Positions 23,678 to 35,519 of a DNA stretch of 64,000 nt are shown in pieces. Source of the DNA: Octopus vulgaris (Eukaryota); assembly GCA_951406725.2 (NCBI GenBank), contig OX597821.1:33542001-33606000 (forward strand). Direction: 5' to 3'. Position numbers and translations under genes: made by a program. Within the stretch, counting starts at the first letter, position 1, and each line of letters opens with the position of its first letter. The notes beneath the pieces are model-generated. The model had not been told where the DNA came from. It saw only the letters and a list, made by a program, of their open reading frames with translations, and searched no databases.

Positions 23678-23906
23678 TTAACCCTTTAGTGTTCGCATTA
23701 TTCTACCAAAACAAATGCTTTTTTATCCACATTGTTTTGAACTAATCATGCCTTATCTTGTAGGTATGAGATTTTGATGAGGTAGCTGTTAATTTTTAAA
23801 ACGATATTGTAGGGTTGGCGTGAGAGACCAGATCTGGCCAGTTTGAACATAAAACAGGCAGAATACTTTTGGCCGGATATGGCCGGTTTAAATGCTAAAG
23901 GGTTAA
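23678..23906. mobile_element. piggyBac-like MITE (TTAA-CCC...GGG-TTAA)
   Basis: ttaaccctttag ... ctaaagggttaa; same family at 59109-59336. Confidence 0.8.
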
Positions 23907-24198
23907 AGGCCCTTTGGTCATATATCTACTCAGTCAAGACTGACCTGAGGGTAAAAAATAACAACAGTCATGCAATGGTAGTTATCAAATATTAAATACC
24001 TTTTCATCATTTTCTATTCTCTTTTCAAGCTTCTTGTTATTGTTTTTATTATTAATTTTTCTGTTGTTGTTACCCTTTATACATCTTATATATTTTGGGG
24101 GGTCAAATGTCTTCCAGTGTTTTGCTCATTACCTCACCGTCCCCACCACATTTGTCTACCTCTCACTACTTCTTGCCACCCCTCCCCCTCCTCGTATC

Positions 24199-24231
<33 letters not shown>

Positions 24232-24469
24232 CCACCACTAGCTATATTACATGTCGAGAGGGGAGAGGGATGCCATCTCACCTCATCATATCAGTCACAA
24301 ATCAGCATCATAACACACACACACACCACATCATATTCTATGCAGTTAAAACCACACCAAACATAATAGATCATGCCATACCACTGCCACCACCATCCCT
24401 ACTGCCGCAACCATGGCGATCACAGTGACTACCACAACCACCACCACCACTACCACTGCCATTACAATG

Positions 24470-24885
24470 ACACCACACTGTACAGCAACCAAACAATACA
24501 CCACACACATACGCACACACATTCACACACACACATACACACCACATACACACATACACACATACACACCATACACACATGCAGACCATACTGTACAGCA
24601 ACACACAACCAAACAATACACCGCACACATACGCACACACACATGGACACACACACATACACACCACATACACACATACACACATACACTGTACAGCAAC
24701 ACACAACCAAACAATACACCACACACACATACACACACTCACACACACACACATACACACCACATACACACATACACACATACACTGTACAGCAACACAC
24801 AACCAAACAATACACCACACACACATGCACACACACTCACACACACACACACATACACACCTACACACATGCAGACCATACTAAA
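24470..24885. repeat. CA-rich minisatellite, 4 units of ~96-113 bp
   Basis: Anchor actgtacagcaac...aaccaaacaatacacc at 24477, 24590, 24688, 24784. Confidence 0.9.
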
Positions 24886-25734
24886 CACCACATCAACTCT
24901 TAATGCCACACACAAACAAAATGTAAAAAAAAAAAAAAACCTCATAAAACTTTTGCTACATTAAACCGCACCAGACAGACACCCAACACCGCACCAGACA
25001 AGCCTTACACCACACTACACCACACCAAATCGTCACCACACAAAACCTATCCAAATAACATACCAACACTGCGTCACACCAACCCTACCATACAACAACC
25101 ATATCATGACACACCATGCTTATATACATCACACACCAGATATCTCAAAGTATAAATTACATTATACATACTACAGAGAACTATTCACTACGTAGTACAT
25201 TACATATGCCACAGTTGTACACATATTGTATTTAATACAATATCTGATAGAGTAGACACTGTATTGTCCTGTATACCCAGCCCCACCACACACACACACA
25301 CATACACACAACATACCACAATGCTGCATCTCACACTAGTTACAAACCCTTCATTAAAAATGCATTATTTCTGAAAGAATTTTAATTCAAACCATTTATA
25401 ATAGGAAGAATTACTGGTGCGTATTCAAGTGTGAGTGTCTTTGTGTGCACACTTATATATTACACAGTTGATATATATATATATATATATATATTAACAC
25501 ACTGTTATGCATATGAAGGCAGTGTGGTCAGTTTGGTGGTTGTCTTTAACTGTGTCTTGCTACACAACTTAGAGAATTCACAACACCAACATTTATATAT
25601 AAGTGTGTGTGTGAGTGTGTATAAACACATATATATATATATACATATACATATATATATATTGGAAGGTTTGGAGATGATGTACAGGTATTATATATTA
25701 GAAGAAATGAGGTAATCAGAAGATCGGTAAATAC

Positions 25735-25920
25735 AAACCGTCCGCATGCTAGCATGGAAAACGGACGCTAAACGATGATGATGATGATGATGATGATGAG
25801 GATATATATATATATATATACATATATATACATCTGGCTTCCCAGATCCCCGGTCGAACCGTCCAACCCATGCTAGCATGGAGAATGGACGTTAAACGAT
25901 GATGATGATGATGATGATGC
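25735..25920 (+). mobile_element. Two very short RTE 3' tails
   Basis: catgctagcatgga...ggacg(c/t)taaac(gat)n twice. Confidence 0.8.
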
Positions 25921-25955
25921 ATATACATATATATGTATATATACATATATATATA

Positions 25956-28396
25956 TCATCATCATCATCATCATCGTTTAATGTCCGCTTTCCATGCTAG
26001 CATGGGTTGGACGGTTCAACTGGGGTCTGGCAAGCCCAAAGGCTGCACCAGGCCAGTCAGATATGGCAGTGTTTCTACAGCTGGATGCCCTTCCTAACGC
26101 CAACCACTCCGAGAGTGTAGTGGGTGATTTTATGTGCCACCAACACAGGTGCCAGACGAGGCTGGCAGACGGCCACGCTCGGATGGTGTTTTTTATGTGC
26201 CACCGACACAGGTGCCAGACGAGGCTGGCTGACGGCCACGCTCGGATGGTATTTTCTTATGTGTCACCGACACAGGTGCCAGATGAGGCTGGCGGACGGC
26301 CACGCTCGGATGGTGTTTGTTACGTGCCCTCAGCACGGAGGCCAGTCGTTGCGGTACTGGCTACGGTCACGTTCGGATGGTTTTCTTATGTGCCACCGGC
26401 ACTGGTACCACAAGGATACAAATTCCATTGATGTTCATCTATTGATTTGGTTCGATTTGATTCGATTCGATTCTCACTTGCCTCAACAGGTCTTCACAAG
26501 TGTCACAAGAAGGAAGGTATGCACAGGTGGACTGACTACGTCCCAGGTAGGGGCCACGGATTATGGCTTCACTAGTCTTGCCGGGTCTTCTCACGCACAG
26601 CATACTTCCATAGGTCTCGGTCTCTAGTCATTTCCATGGTGAGACCTAACGTCCGAAGGTTGTGCTTCACCACCTCGTCCCAGGTTTTCCTGGGTCTACC
26701 TCTTCCACGTGTTCCCTCAACTGCTAGGGATTGGCACTTTCTCACACACCTATCTTCATCCATTCTCGCCACATGACCATACCAGCGCAATCGTCTCTCT
26801 TGCACACAACAACTGATGCTTCTTAGGTACAACATTTCTCTCAAGGTACTAACGCTCTGTCGAGTAAGTACACTGACATTACACATCCATCGGAGCATAC
26901 TGGCTTCGTTCCTCACGAGCTTACGCATGTCCTCAGCAGTCACGGCCCATGTTTCACTGCCATGTAGCATAGCTGTTCGTACACATGCATCATACAGTCT
27001 GCCTTTTACTCTGAGCGAGAGGCCTTTAGTCACCAGCAGAGGTAAGAGCTCCCTAAACTTTGCCCAGGCTATTCTTATTCTAGCAGTTACACTTTCAGCG
27101 CACCCACCCCCACTACTGACTTGGTCACCTAGATAGCGGAAGCTATCAACTACTTCTAGTTTTTCCCCCGGAAAGTGACGGAAGTTGTTTTCTGCAGATT
27201 TTCGGAGGTCAATGCTCCAGAGCACCTGCCACATACAAAAACTATCTTCCCAGTTAGCCTACCTTTGACATTGCTGCACCTCTTATGTGTCCATAGCTTA
27301 CACTGGGTACATCTTATAGAGTTTCTACCTACACCTTTTCTACAGATCGAGCAGGGCCATCTTCCTGAGGATATTTGTGGATTTTCTACCTTTCTACTTA
27401 TTAGTACTTTGGTTTTAGCTAGGTTGACTCTAAGGCCCCTCGATTCTAAACCCTCCTTCCACACCTGGAACTTCTCCTCCAGTTCTGATAGTGACTCAGC
27501 GATTAGAGCGAGGTCGTCAGCATAGAGGAGCTCCCAGGGGCAACCTGTCTTGAATTCCTCCATTATTGCCTGGAGGACTATGATAAATAGGAGGGGGCTG
27601 AGTACTGAACCCTGGTGGACCCCAACCTCTACTTTGAATTCTTCTGTGTACATGTTGCCAACTCTAACCTTACTTACGGCATCTCTGTACATGGCTTGCA
27701 CAGCCCTCACCAGCCATTCATCTATCCCTAGTTTCCTCATTGACCACCAGATGAGGGATCGGGGGACCCTATCAAAGGCTTTCTCCATGTCAACGAAAGT
27801 CAGGTACAGGGGCTTATCTTTGGCTAGGTATTTCTCCTGCAGCTGCCTTACCAGGAATATAGCATCAGTGGTGCTTTTCCCTGGGACAAACCCAAACTGC
27901 ATCTCATCTAAACTAACTCTCTCTCTAATTAGTTGGGCTATGACCCTCTCCGTAACCTCATTACCTGATCCAACAGCTTGATACCTCTGTAATTATTTGT
28001 ATCCAGGGCATCACCTTTACCTTTGTAGCAGTTGACTAGTATGCTGCTACGCCAGTCATTGGGTATGACTCCTTCGTGTATCACCTGGTTGACTATACGG
28101 GTGACTAGGTTATAGCCGACACTGCCAGATATTTTGAGCATCTCTGCAGTAATTCCTGATGGGCCTGGGGCTTTCCCTGTCTTCATGCTTCTAATTGCCT
28201 TAGCTACCACGGAACTATCAACTCGAATAGCTGGTCCCTCTGTTGGGTCAACATTTGGCAGACTCTCTTTATCCCATTCATTTTCTTTATTCAGCAACCT
28301 TTCATAGTGGCATCTCCAAACCTCTCTCTTTGCATCCTCATTTAGCGCAAGTGAACCATCATCCATGCGAACACACTTCTCTCCTACCACATCACG

Positions 28397-28399
<3 letters not shown>
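25956..28399 (-). mobile_element. 5'-truncated RTE-clade LINE (RT, C-terminus, 3' UTR, (GAT)n tail)
   Basis: RT motifs, ~600-nt 3' UTR with tandem repeats and CCATGCTAGCATGG palindrome; both ends lie in (TA)n. Confidence 0.93.
26572..28399 (-). pseudogene. RTE reverse transcriptase ORF with two frameshifts (~27960, ~27165)
   Basis: GKAPGPSGI, NYRGIKLL, QFGFVPGKSTTDAIF, FVDMEKAFDRVPR, VGVHQGSVLSPLLF, LLYADD, FRYLG, HGSETW, RLRWYGHV, RGRGRPRKTW. Confidence 0.93.
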
Positions 28400-28432
<33 letters not shown>

Positions 28433-28599
28433 CACACAGCTAGCCAAAACTTCAAAGTCATTGTCAACATTATTTTTGTTAAAGAATTATATATATTATT
28501 GGCTAAACTGGTAAAATGACCATTCCGAAATATAACAATATCTGTTTCAACACATGACTTCACATAAAAAATCTTGCCCAACAAATATATAAACGTGTG

Positions 28600-28682
<83 letters not shown>

Positions 28683-28748
28683 CCTCGTGTGTACCGTTGG
28701 CGATTTTTTTCCTCTGTCTTCCCTTCTCTGGATCTTTCCTTCTCCTAT

Positions 28749-28783
28749 GTTTCTGACGAAGAGCTCCACTCGAAACGTTAAAC
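28749..28783 (+). ncRNA. Minimal type I hammerhead ribozyme, intact core
   Basis: gttt-CTGACGA-a-GAG(ctcca)CTC-GAAA-cg-TT-aaac; palindromic stem III ACGT. Confidence 0.75.
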
Positions 28784-28875
28784 CCTCCTTCTTTCCTGAG
28801 CATCCAATAATACTATATTTGTTCCACGTCCTCGTGTTGTTGTGTTTTCATGTTTGGATTAACTTAATACATATA

Positions 28876-29067
28876 TATATATTAAAAATGGGGAACATTG
28901 GTTTATGGGATTACCTTAGGTTTTCCGTCCATAAAAGTTTAGCTTTATGGTGTATCGTCAGATCCCAAAAACCTGTTGGCTCGGAGGGGAAAAGCCTCAC
29001 TCTAAGCCCTTTATTGACGGGAAACCTAAGGTAATCCATAAACTGGCCTTCCCCATTTTTAATATAT
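28876..29067. repeat. ~58-bp inverted repeat with ~75-bp spacer
   Basis: atatattaaaaatggggaa...ccgtccataaa versus tttattgacggg...ttccccatttttaatatat. Confidence 0.85.
28907..28966 (-). ncRNA. Degenerate type I hammerhead-like motif
   Basis: gggat-CTGACGA-taca-ccataaa...tttatgg-acggAAAA-cc(taa)gg-TA-atccc; the second arm keeps GAAAcctaaggTAatcc. Confidence 0.5.
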
Positions 29068-29164
29068 TCAGGTTACAATGCGACACGCCTAACATTATCT
29101 CATAGAACACCAATGTGCCACAGCATACTGGTTGCGGAGCACTGATCTAGACTGGTGTTTACCC

Positions 29165-29550
29165 TTTACTCTTTTACTTGTTTCAGTCATTGGACTGCAG
29201 CCATGCTGGAGCACTGCCTGTAGTCGAGCAAATCGACCTCAGGACTAATTCTTTGTAAGCCTAGTACTTATTCTACCGGGTTTCTTTTGCCGAACAGCTA
29301 AGTTACGGGGATGTAAACACACCACCATCGGTTGTCAAGTGATGTTGGGGGGACAAACACAGACACACAAACATATATATATATATACATATATACGACG
29401 GGCTTCTTTCAGTTTCCGTCTTCCAGATCCACTCACAAGGCTTTGGTCAGCCCGATGCTATAGTAGAAGACACTTGCCCAAAGTGCCACGCAGTGGGACT
29501 GAACCCGGAACCATGTAGTTGGTAAGCAAGCTACTTACCACACAGCCACA
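29165..29550 (-). mobile_element. SINE family B (further minus copies ~29830-30085, 31268-31675, 41484-41800, 46485-46910, 54560-54780)
   Basis: Reverse complement of 15986-16392. Confidence 0.85.
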
Positions 29551-30624
29551 ACCATTCTTTTTTATCTATGGACCCCTATGATTATTATTTTATTCTGGTG
29601 GACCCCCATAGCCATTCAATGTTTGAAAAATAATTCTATAGATGCTTCTTTCAAAATTCCCACTTCGTTTTTCACTCATTAACTTGTATTGGTTGAAATA
29701 TATAAAATGTTAGAGAAAGAGACCTAACTGTTTCTTGCTATACATACCAATACATACATCTGAAACAAAGTTTTTTCATAGACCCTTAAAATACTATTGT
29801 AGGTCCCCAATTTACTATTTTGCTTACTCTCTTTACTTCCTCTCTTTTACTTGTTTCAGTCATTTGACTGCGACCGTGCTGGAGCACCGCCTTTAGTCGA
29901 GCAAATCGACCCCAGGACTTATTCTTTGTAAGCCTAGTATTTATTCTATTGGTCTCTTTTTGCCGAACCAAAAAGTTACAGGGATGTAAACATACCAGCT
30001 TCGGTTGTCAAGTGATGTTGGGGGAACAAACACAAACACAGACACACAAACATATACACACACACACACACACATACATACATATATATATCTCAAGATT
30101 ACATGTCATTCTTGGTATTATTTTCTTCCTTTTCAAAGAGCCATTTGCTACAGCTATTTCTTCAGGTGATAGAATAATAATTCCAGACCCAGTGAATGTC
30201 ATAAAAATATCCCAAATTAAAGAAATTTTCTGACATAACAGTAGCATAAGAACAATCATTACGATCTATCACCAAAGAACTGTTCCATCAATGGTCATCT
30301 GTTGTGCTGTTTCCATTAAAATTCTACTGTACAATACATATTGGGTGTGCACTTTCTCTTTGGTCTTGCAACACCTGCTTCAGGAATAACATGTTAATTA
30401 ACACCTTTGATACCAAACCTCACAGAATTGCATTCTGGTTCTATGACACTAACTTCGTGTTTTAAAGTGATTTAAGCCAAAATTTCTGATCAAAATGTTA
30501 ATGTATATTCCAAGCACCAACTTAATAATGACTAAATTATTTAAAAATAATAATGAGCTTATAGAACAGACAGTGTCTCAGGTGCACTATAACCCATCAG
30601 AAAAAGTAACCAAAACTGCATGTA

Positions 30625-30890
30625 CATCATCATCATCATCATCATTTAACGTTCGCTTTCCATGCTAGCATGGGTTGGACAGTTTGACCGGGGTCTGGTA
30701 AGCCACGGAGGCTGCACCAGGCTCCAGTCTGATTTGGCAGTGTTTCTACAGCTGGATGCCCTTCCTAACGCCAACCACTCTGTGAGTGTAGTGGGTGTTT
30801 TTTACGTGCCACCGGCACAGGAGCCAGCGCAGGCTGGCAAATGGCCACGATTGGTTGGTGCTTTTACGTGTCACTGACACGGACGCCAGT
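30625..30890 (-). mobile_element. RTE 3' tail fragment (others ~36410-36750 +, 43030-43290 -, 44446-44800 -, 50130-50612 +, 54785-54995 +, 55365-55735 -)
   Basis: (cat)n-ttaacgttcgctttccatgctagcatggg...ggatgcccttcctaacgccaaccactc. Confidence 0.85.
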
Positions 30891-30929
30891 CAACAGTACA
30901 TAGAATATGCACAGGAAGTCTTAAAAAAA

Positions 30930-31200
30930 AGAGAGAAAGAAACAGGGGTGGGGTGGGGCATCGGGTGTACTGTTGGTGAATTTCAGCAAGGATGGAAGTT
31001 TTGAAGGATGTAGCGTCTTGACAGCTAACAATTGATGCAGGTAGTTTATTCAATGCTTCAGCAGTTCTGAGCATTATAAAAATATTTCTGAAAGTCATGA
31101 GTGCTGTGTTGTTTTTTTTAATTTTTAAACATGTTTGTGAGTGTTAGACATATGGAATTGAAAAAGTTGCCCATGGTTGCTGTTGGAAAATGGTGGATAA
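30930..31200 (-). pseudogene. CR1-group LINE C-terminal relic
   Basis: LRTAEALNKLPASIVSCQDATSFK resembles the WN.LP..VV.A.S...FK terminal motif. Confidence 0.55.
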
Positions 31201-32159
31201 TTACCAAATTCTTCTTTATTTGAAACAGAGTCCAGTGTATCTCAAAAGAAATATGGTAACAAAGGGTTTACTCTTTACTCTTTTTACTTGTTTCAGTCAT
31301 TTGACTGCGGCCATGCTGGAGCACCGCCTTTAGTCGAGCAAATAGACCCCGGGACTTATTCTTTGTAAGCTCAGTACTTATTCTATCGGTCTCTTTTGCC
31401 GAACCGCTAAGTGACGGGGACGTAAACACACCAGCATCGGTTGTCAAGCAATGCTAGGGGGGCAAACACAGACACACAAACACACAAACATACATATACA
31501 TATATATATACATATACGACAGGCTTCTTTCAGTTTCCGTCTACCAAATCCACTCACAAGGCATTGGTCGGCCCGGGGCTATAGCAGAAGACACTTGCCC
31601 AAGATGCCACGCAGTGGGACTGAACCCGGAACCATGTGGTTGGTTAGCAAGCTACTTACCACACAGCCACTCCTGTTAAATAATATTTCTTCAGCTTTTA
31701 CTCTGTTTCTTCAGAGATTTCTGTTGTTCTTAATTTAAAAAAAAATTATAGTACCATTATATTAAATTTTAATTATTTATCATTCATACTGAGAAAGAAA
31801 TTACACTTATAGATTATCATTGTACACATTGTATGAATTGGTTTACATTACTGGTTGCCAATATTCAAATAGTAGTCAATGGCCTATTATTTTAATTCCC
31901 ATTTGACATGATACAAAAATAAATTCAAAAATTTTTCTTATATCTAGAATTTTCTTGTGTGTATAGGGTGGGTGTGGATGTTGGGGGTAATTGATTAGGA
32001 ATTGATTACCATTTCACACTGTCCAATACACCCACTTTCAGATTTGTTACTAAGCAATTTATAATTATAAACCTTTTAGTATATATATATATGTAATGAT
32101 AAAAAAGTATGAATCAGCAAATTTTCAATGACTGAAATCTAGCAATACATAGAAATACA

Positions 32160-32899
32160 GTTCTATATTTAAAAGATGAGGAATTATGTACATTATTTAC
32201 ATTCAACAGCTATTTGTCGTCATCATCTTTGTTGTTGACATGTTTCGGCTGATATACCCTCCAGCCATCATCAGGTGTCTTGGGGAAATTTCGAACCTGG
32301 GTTCTCATTTCTAAGGTATTTTTTGATGTTGTTATTATAATTATAATAATAATAATTATTATCATTGAGTGAGAGAGCAGTGCATGCCATCAAAGTGACA
32401 CTGGGGTAAAATATACGAAGCCCAGTATACCCATCATGGCTACCCATCTGATAAGGATACACTAGGTACATGCATCACAACCACGTGTGCGCGACATGGT
32501 GATCTCATATCAAGATAAACAGCACATGACCTTGCAGGTAGGGGCTCAGTTACAATTTTCTTCTGGTCGAGTAACCCATCCCACTCAAAAGGTCCCTGAA
32601 TAAGGATGTTGAACGAAACACTCATGTTTCCGAGGTGAATTATTCAAACCCCAAAGAATCCCTTTCAACACATGGCTATGATGTTCCCCACTACTTCTGC
32701 TCGTGATCAGAGATGCACATATCGTCAGCCACTAAGGGGCATGCTCATCTGGTTAAGGTCAAACATGTGGCAAGCAAATCTGTGGTATTGAGCAGAATAT
32801 TTGCTGTAGCGCATCTTTTATACTAAGACAAAACAATGTACATGATAACTCTTCCAATCAGTTAAGATCAGAAGCCATGAGAGCCACTGCCTGGTATTG

Positions 32900-32943
<44 letters not shown>

Positions 32944-32972
32944 TCACTGTCTGGAATCGAACTCAGAATCTT
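32160..32972 (-). mobile_element. Putative tRNA-headed SINE with 3' hammerhead, split by an insertion
   Basis: B box GAGTTCGATTCC (~32953-32964), (TAA)n linker, then gacac-CTGATGA-t-GGCTG(10 nt)CAGCC-GAAA at 32237-32279. Confidence 0.55.
32363..32901 (+). mobile_element. ~540-bp insert within (ATT)n, possibly a Dong/R4 3' end or derivative
   Basis: Flanked on both sides by ATT/TAA repeats; GC-richer than surroundings; no ORF. Confidence 0.4.
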
Positions 32973-32994
32973 TTAAAGATGGAGCAAAAAAAGT

Positions 32995-33390
32995 GAATCT
33001 TTTCGGGTTGAACGGCAGTTTTTTCTAGCGGTGTCATATGAAATTGTCACTCATAATTATGACCCTAGTATCAATCTATTGCATTTCAATCTGTTTTAGG
33101 GTTAGGGTTGGTTAGGGTTAGGGGTGGGGGTAAGGGTATCTTTTTTTTCTTCACAAATGTAAATAAACCCAATCTGTTTCTTAAATGAGGGACATATTCA
33201 TACGGCACAGAATGTTTTTTGCAGAAATTGAAGGAAAAAAACCCCAAATATCTTACAAACTATAGAATTTTCTCAATAAAGCCAAGAGAAAAAGATGTTT
33301 TATAAACACATTCTACCAGTATACGAAGTTAAAAATTTTTTAGTTACCTAGAAATTATGTTTAAAACTGCCGTTCAAACCGAAAAGATCC
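32995..33390. mobile_element. GG-TIR MITE
   Basis: Both TIRs; internal ttagggttagggttggttagggttaggg. Confidence 0.88.
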
Positions 33391-35039
33391 AAAAAAAGCA
33401 AAAAAACATAAAACAATTAAAACCTAACTTTTTTTTTAAAAATTAGTTGAATAAATTAAATAAAATTTAAATGAAATAAGATAAAGTAACAGTTAAAGAA
33501 TAAAGGTTAAAAGAATGAAAATCCAATGAAGAGAATCAATGAAAGAAAACCTAACATTTATGTTACAAAGTATGAGAACAGATAAAAAAATAAAATGATA
33601 TAGAATTTTTTTTCTTTTTGTGCAAAATTTTAAAACTTCAAACTGTTTCCAAAATCACTGAAATATAAGGTAAGCCTGAAGCCATATGGTGCAAAGTGAG
33701 CTTTTTAACTACACAGCCATGTCTGTGCCAGTTACACATGCTTAAATATAAGGAAAAAAAAAACCAGAATGACAAAATGAAATGAAAACGAGAATAAGAA
33801 TAAAATAAGGGATGACTGAATGAAAAGGATGGAAGAATAAATGAATGCAACATTAAAGACGAACAAAAAGACATGACATTTATATAGAAGAGAGATTAAC
33901 AGAATGAAGATGTAAAAGACTAAGTGTATAACAGATAGTAATAATCACATAGCTATAATGATTGGAAAATAAATGCAGAACAGAATATGGAGAAAAAAAT
34001 GGAATAAAAGTGAATAAGAAAACCTATTCACCTGGATTGCTGAAAGAATGAAATAGGTAGCAACAAAAAAAAAGGAAGAAGAGAAAGAAAGAAAGTAAGA
34101 AATGAAAGATTACCATAAATGAATGAAAATATTAAATAATGAATATATTAAAATATAAAAATTTTCAAAAAAAAACATACAAACAAAAAATGAAAAATAA
34201 CTTGAAATAAAAAAAAAAAACAGAAAAAAATTATCAACAAATGGTTCAAGGAAGAAGAGAATTTGTATGTCTTGGAAAATGTCTGTTGGTATAGAATTGA
34301 AGAAAGGAAATCTTGAACACAACTTTTAGTGTTTTCATAAAAAAAGAAAATGTCAATGGTCTTTGACAATATTGAATTAATTTTGAAGAATTCAATGGTG
34401 ATTTTGGAATTATTCGGAAGTAGTGAAGTAAAACAAATGATGGTTTGGTTATGATTATGGTTTTGGTGAGGTGGGAGGGTGGAGGAGGAGGAGGAGAGCT
34501 GAGTGCATGTGGAATTTGGTTTCTTTGGTTTTTATGTTTTTTATGTTTTTCTTTTAGTTTTTGTTTGCTGTTTTAAGGGTTTTTTTTTTTGTATTTCAGC
34601 ATAAAAAATATAGCAGAAATATGCATAAGCACGTGTGTGTGTGTGTGAATGAGTGTATGCATGAGTATGCATGTATGAGTCTGTCTGTAAGAATACATGT
34701 AAGTATGAGTGTGTATATGTGTGTAAGCATGTATGAATATGAGTTTGTATATAAGTTTGTATGAATGTGTGTGTGTATAAATTTGTGTGAATGTGCATGT
34801 GTATGAGTATGTGTGCATATGAGTGTGTCTGTATGTGTGTGTGTGTGTGTATACATATATCGTTGGCGGCAGATTTATCTTGTATTTGAATATTTATTTT
34901 CTTCTTTGCTGAATGCTCCCTTAATGGTGATGCTGTTGATGACTATGTAGAGCAATTCTTGCATAGAAGAGTTGATGGTATTGACTGCGTGGAAATGTTG
35001 ATGGAGGACAAGGTTGATTGTGTTGACCCTTTCTCTCCT

Positions 35040-35218
35040 GTTGTTTCATTTCTTACTCTTGTCTTCTGGTGGCTTTGAAGTTTTTCGCTCCAGTGGTGAT
35101 GGAACACTGCCAGGCTTGTCTTTCAAATGATTTAGGCTCAATTCCAGTGGCTTTCAGTGTTGCTTTGAGGTGGTCCTTGTATCTTTTGAAGAAGGCAACC
35201 CTGTGGTCTTTTTCCTGA
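35040..35218 (-). pseudogene. RTE (BovB-like) C-terminal relic
   Basis: GKRPQG...KRYKDHLKATLKATGIEPKSFE with an indel. Confidence 0.55.
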
Positions 35219-35519
35219 AGTGGCTGTGTGGTAAGAAGCTGGGTTCAGTCCCACTGCATGGCACCTTGGACAAGTGTCTTCTACAATAGCCTCAAGCTGA
35301 CCAAAGTCTTGTGAGTGTATTTGGTAGACAGAAACTGAAAGAAGCTCGCCATATATACAGGGTGTGATGGGTAAATTGTCACCATTTTATATTTTCAATT
35401 TTGTGCATGAACATTGTTTTTGATTTTGTTGACTACACAGTATAGTAGGATCAGTCGGGCACTGTCTGTAAGAAAAATAGCACCTTGATGCAATTCACTC
35501 AGCCAGAGATTTCTTCATT

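Noticed and set aside
24371-24964. His/Thr- and Cys/Val-rich ORFs of 100-180 aa
   Set aside because: Open on both strands because CA repeats lack stop codons
26110-26410. CRISPR-like repeat/spacer appearance of UTR arrays
   Set aside because: Units are tandem duplicates within each copy, lie inside a LINE UTR, and there are no cas genes; eukaryotic DNA
26816-27981. Plus-strand ORFs of 106-143 aa
   Set aside because: Antisense shadows of the RTE RT
32890-32901. CCTGGTATTGCA similarity to the U2 snRNA 3' stem-loop
   Set aside because: Only 12 nt; no other U2 features upstream
33095-33130. TTAGGG repeats as a chromosome end or fusion scar
   Set aside because: Internal part of a dispersed MITE
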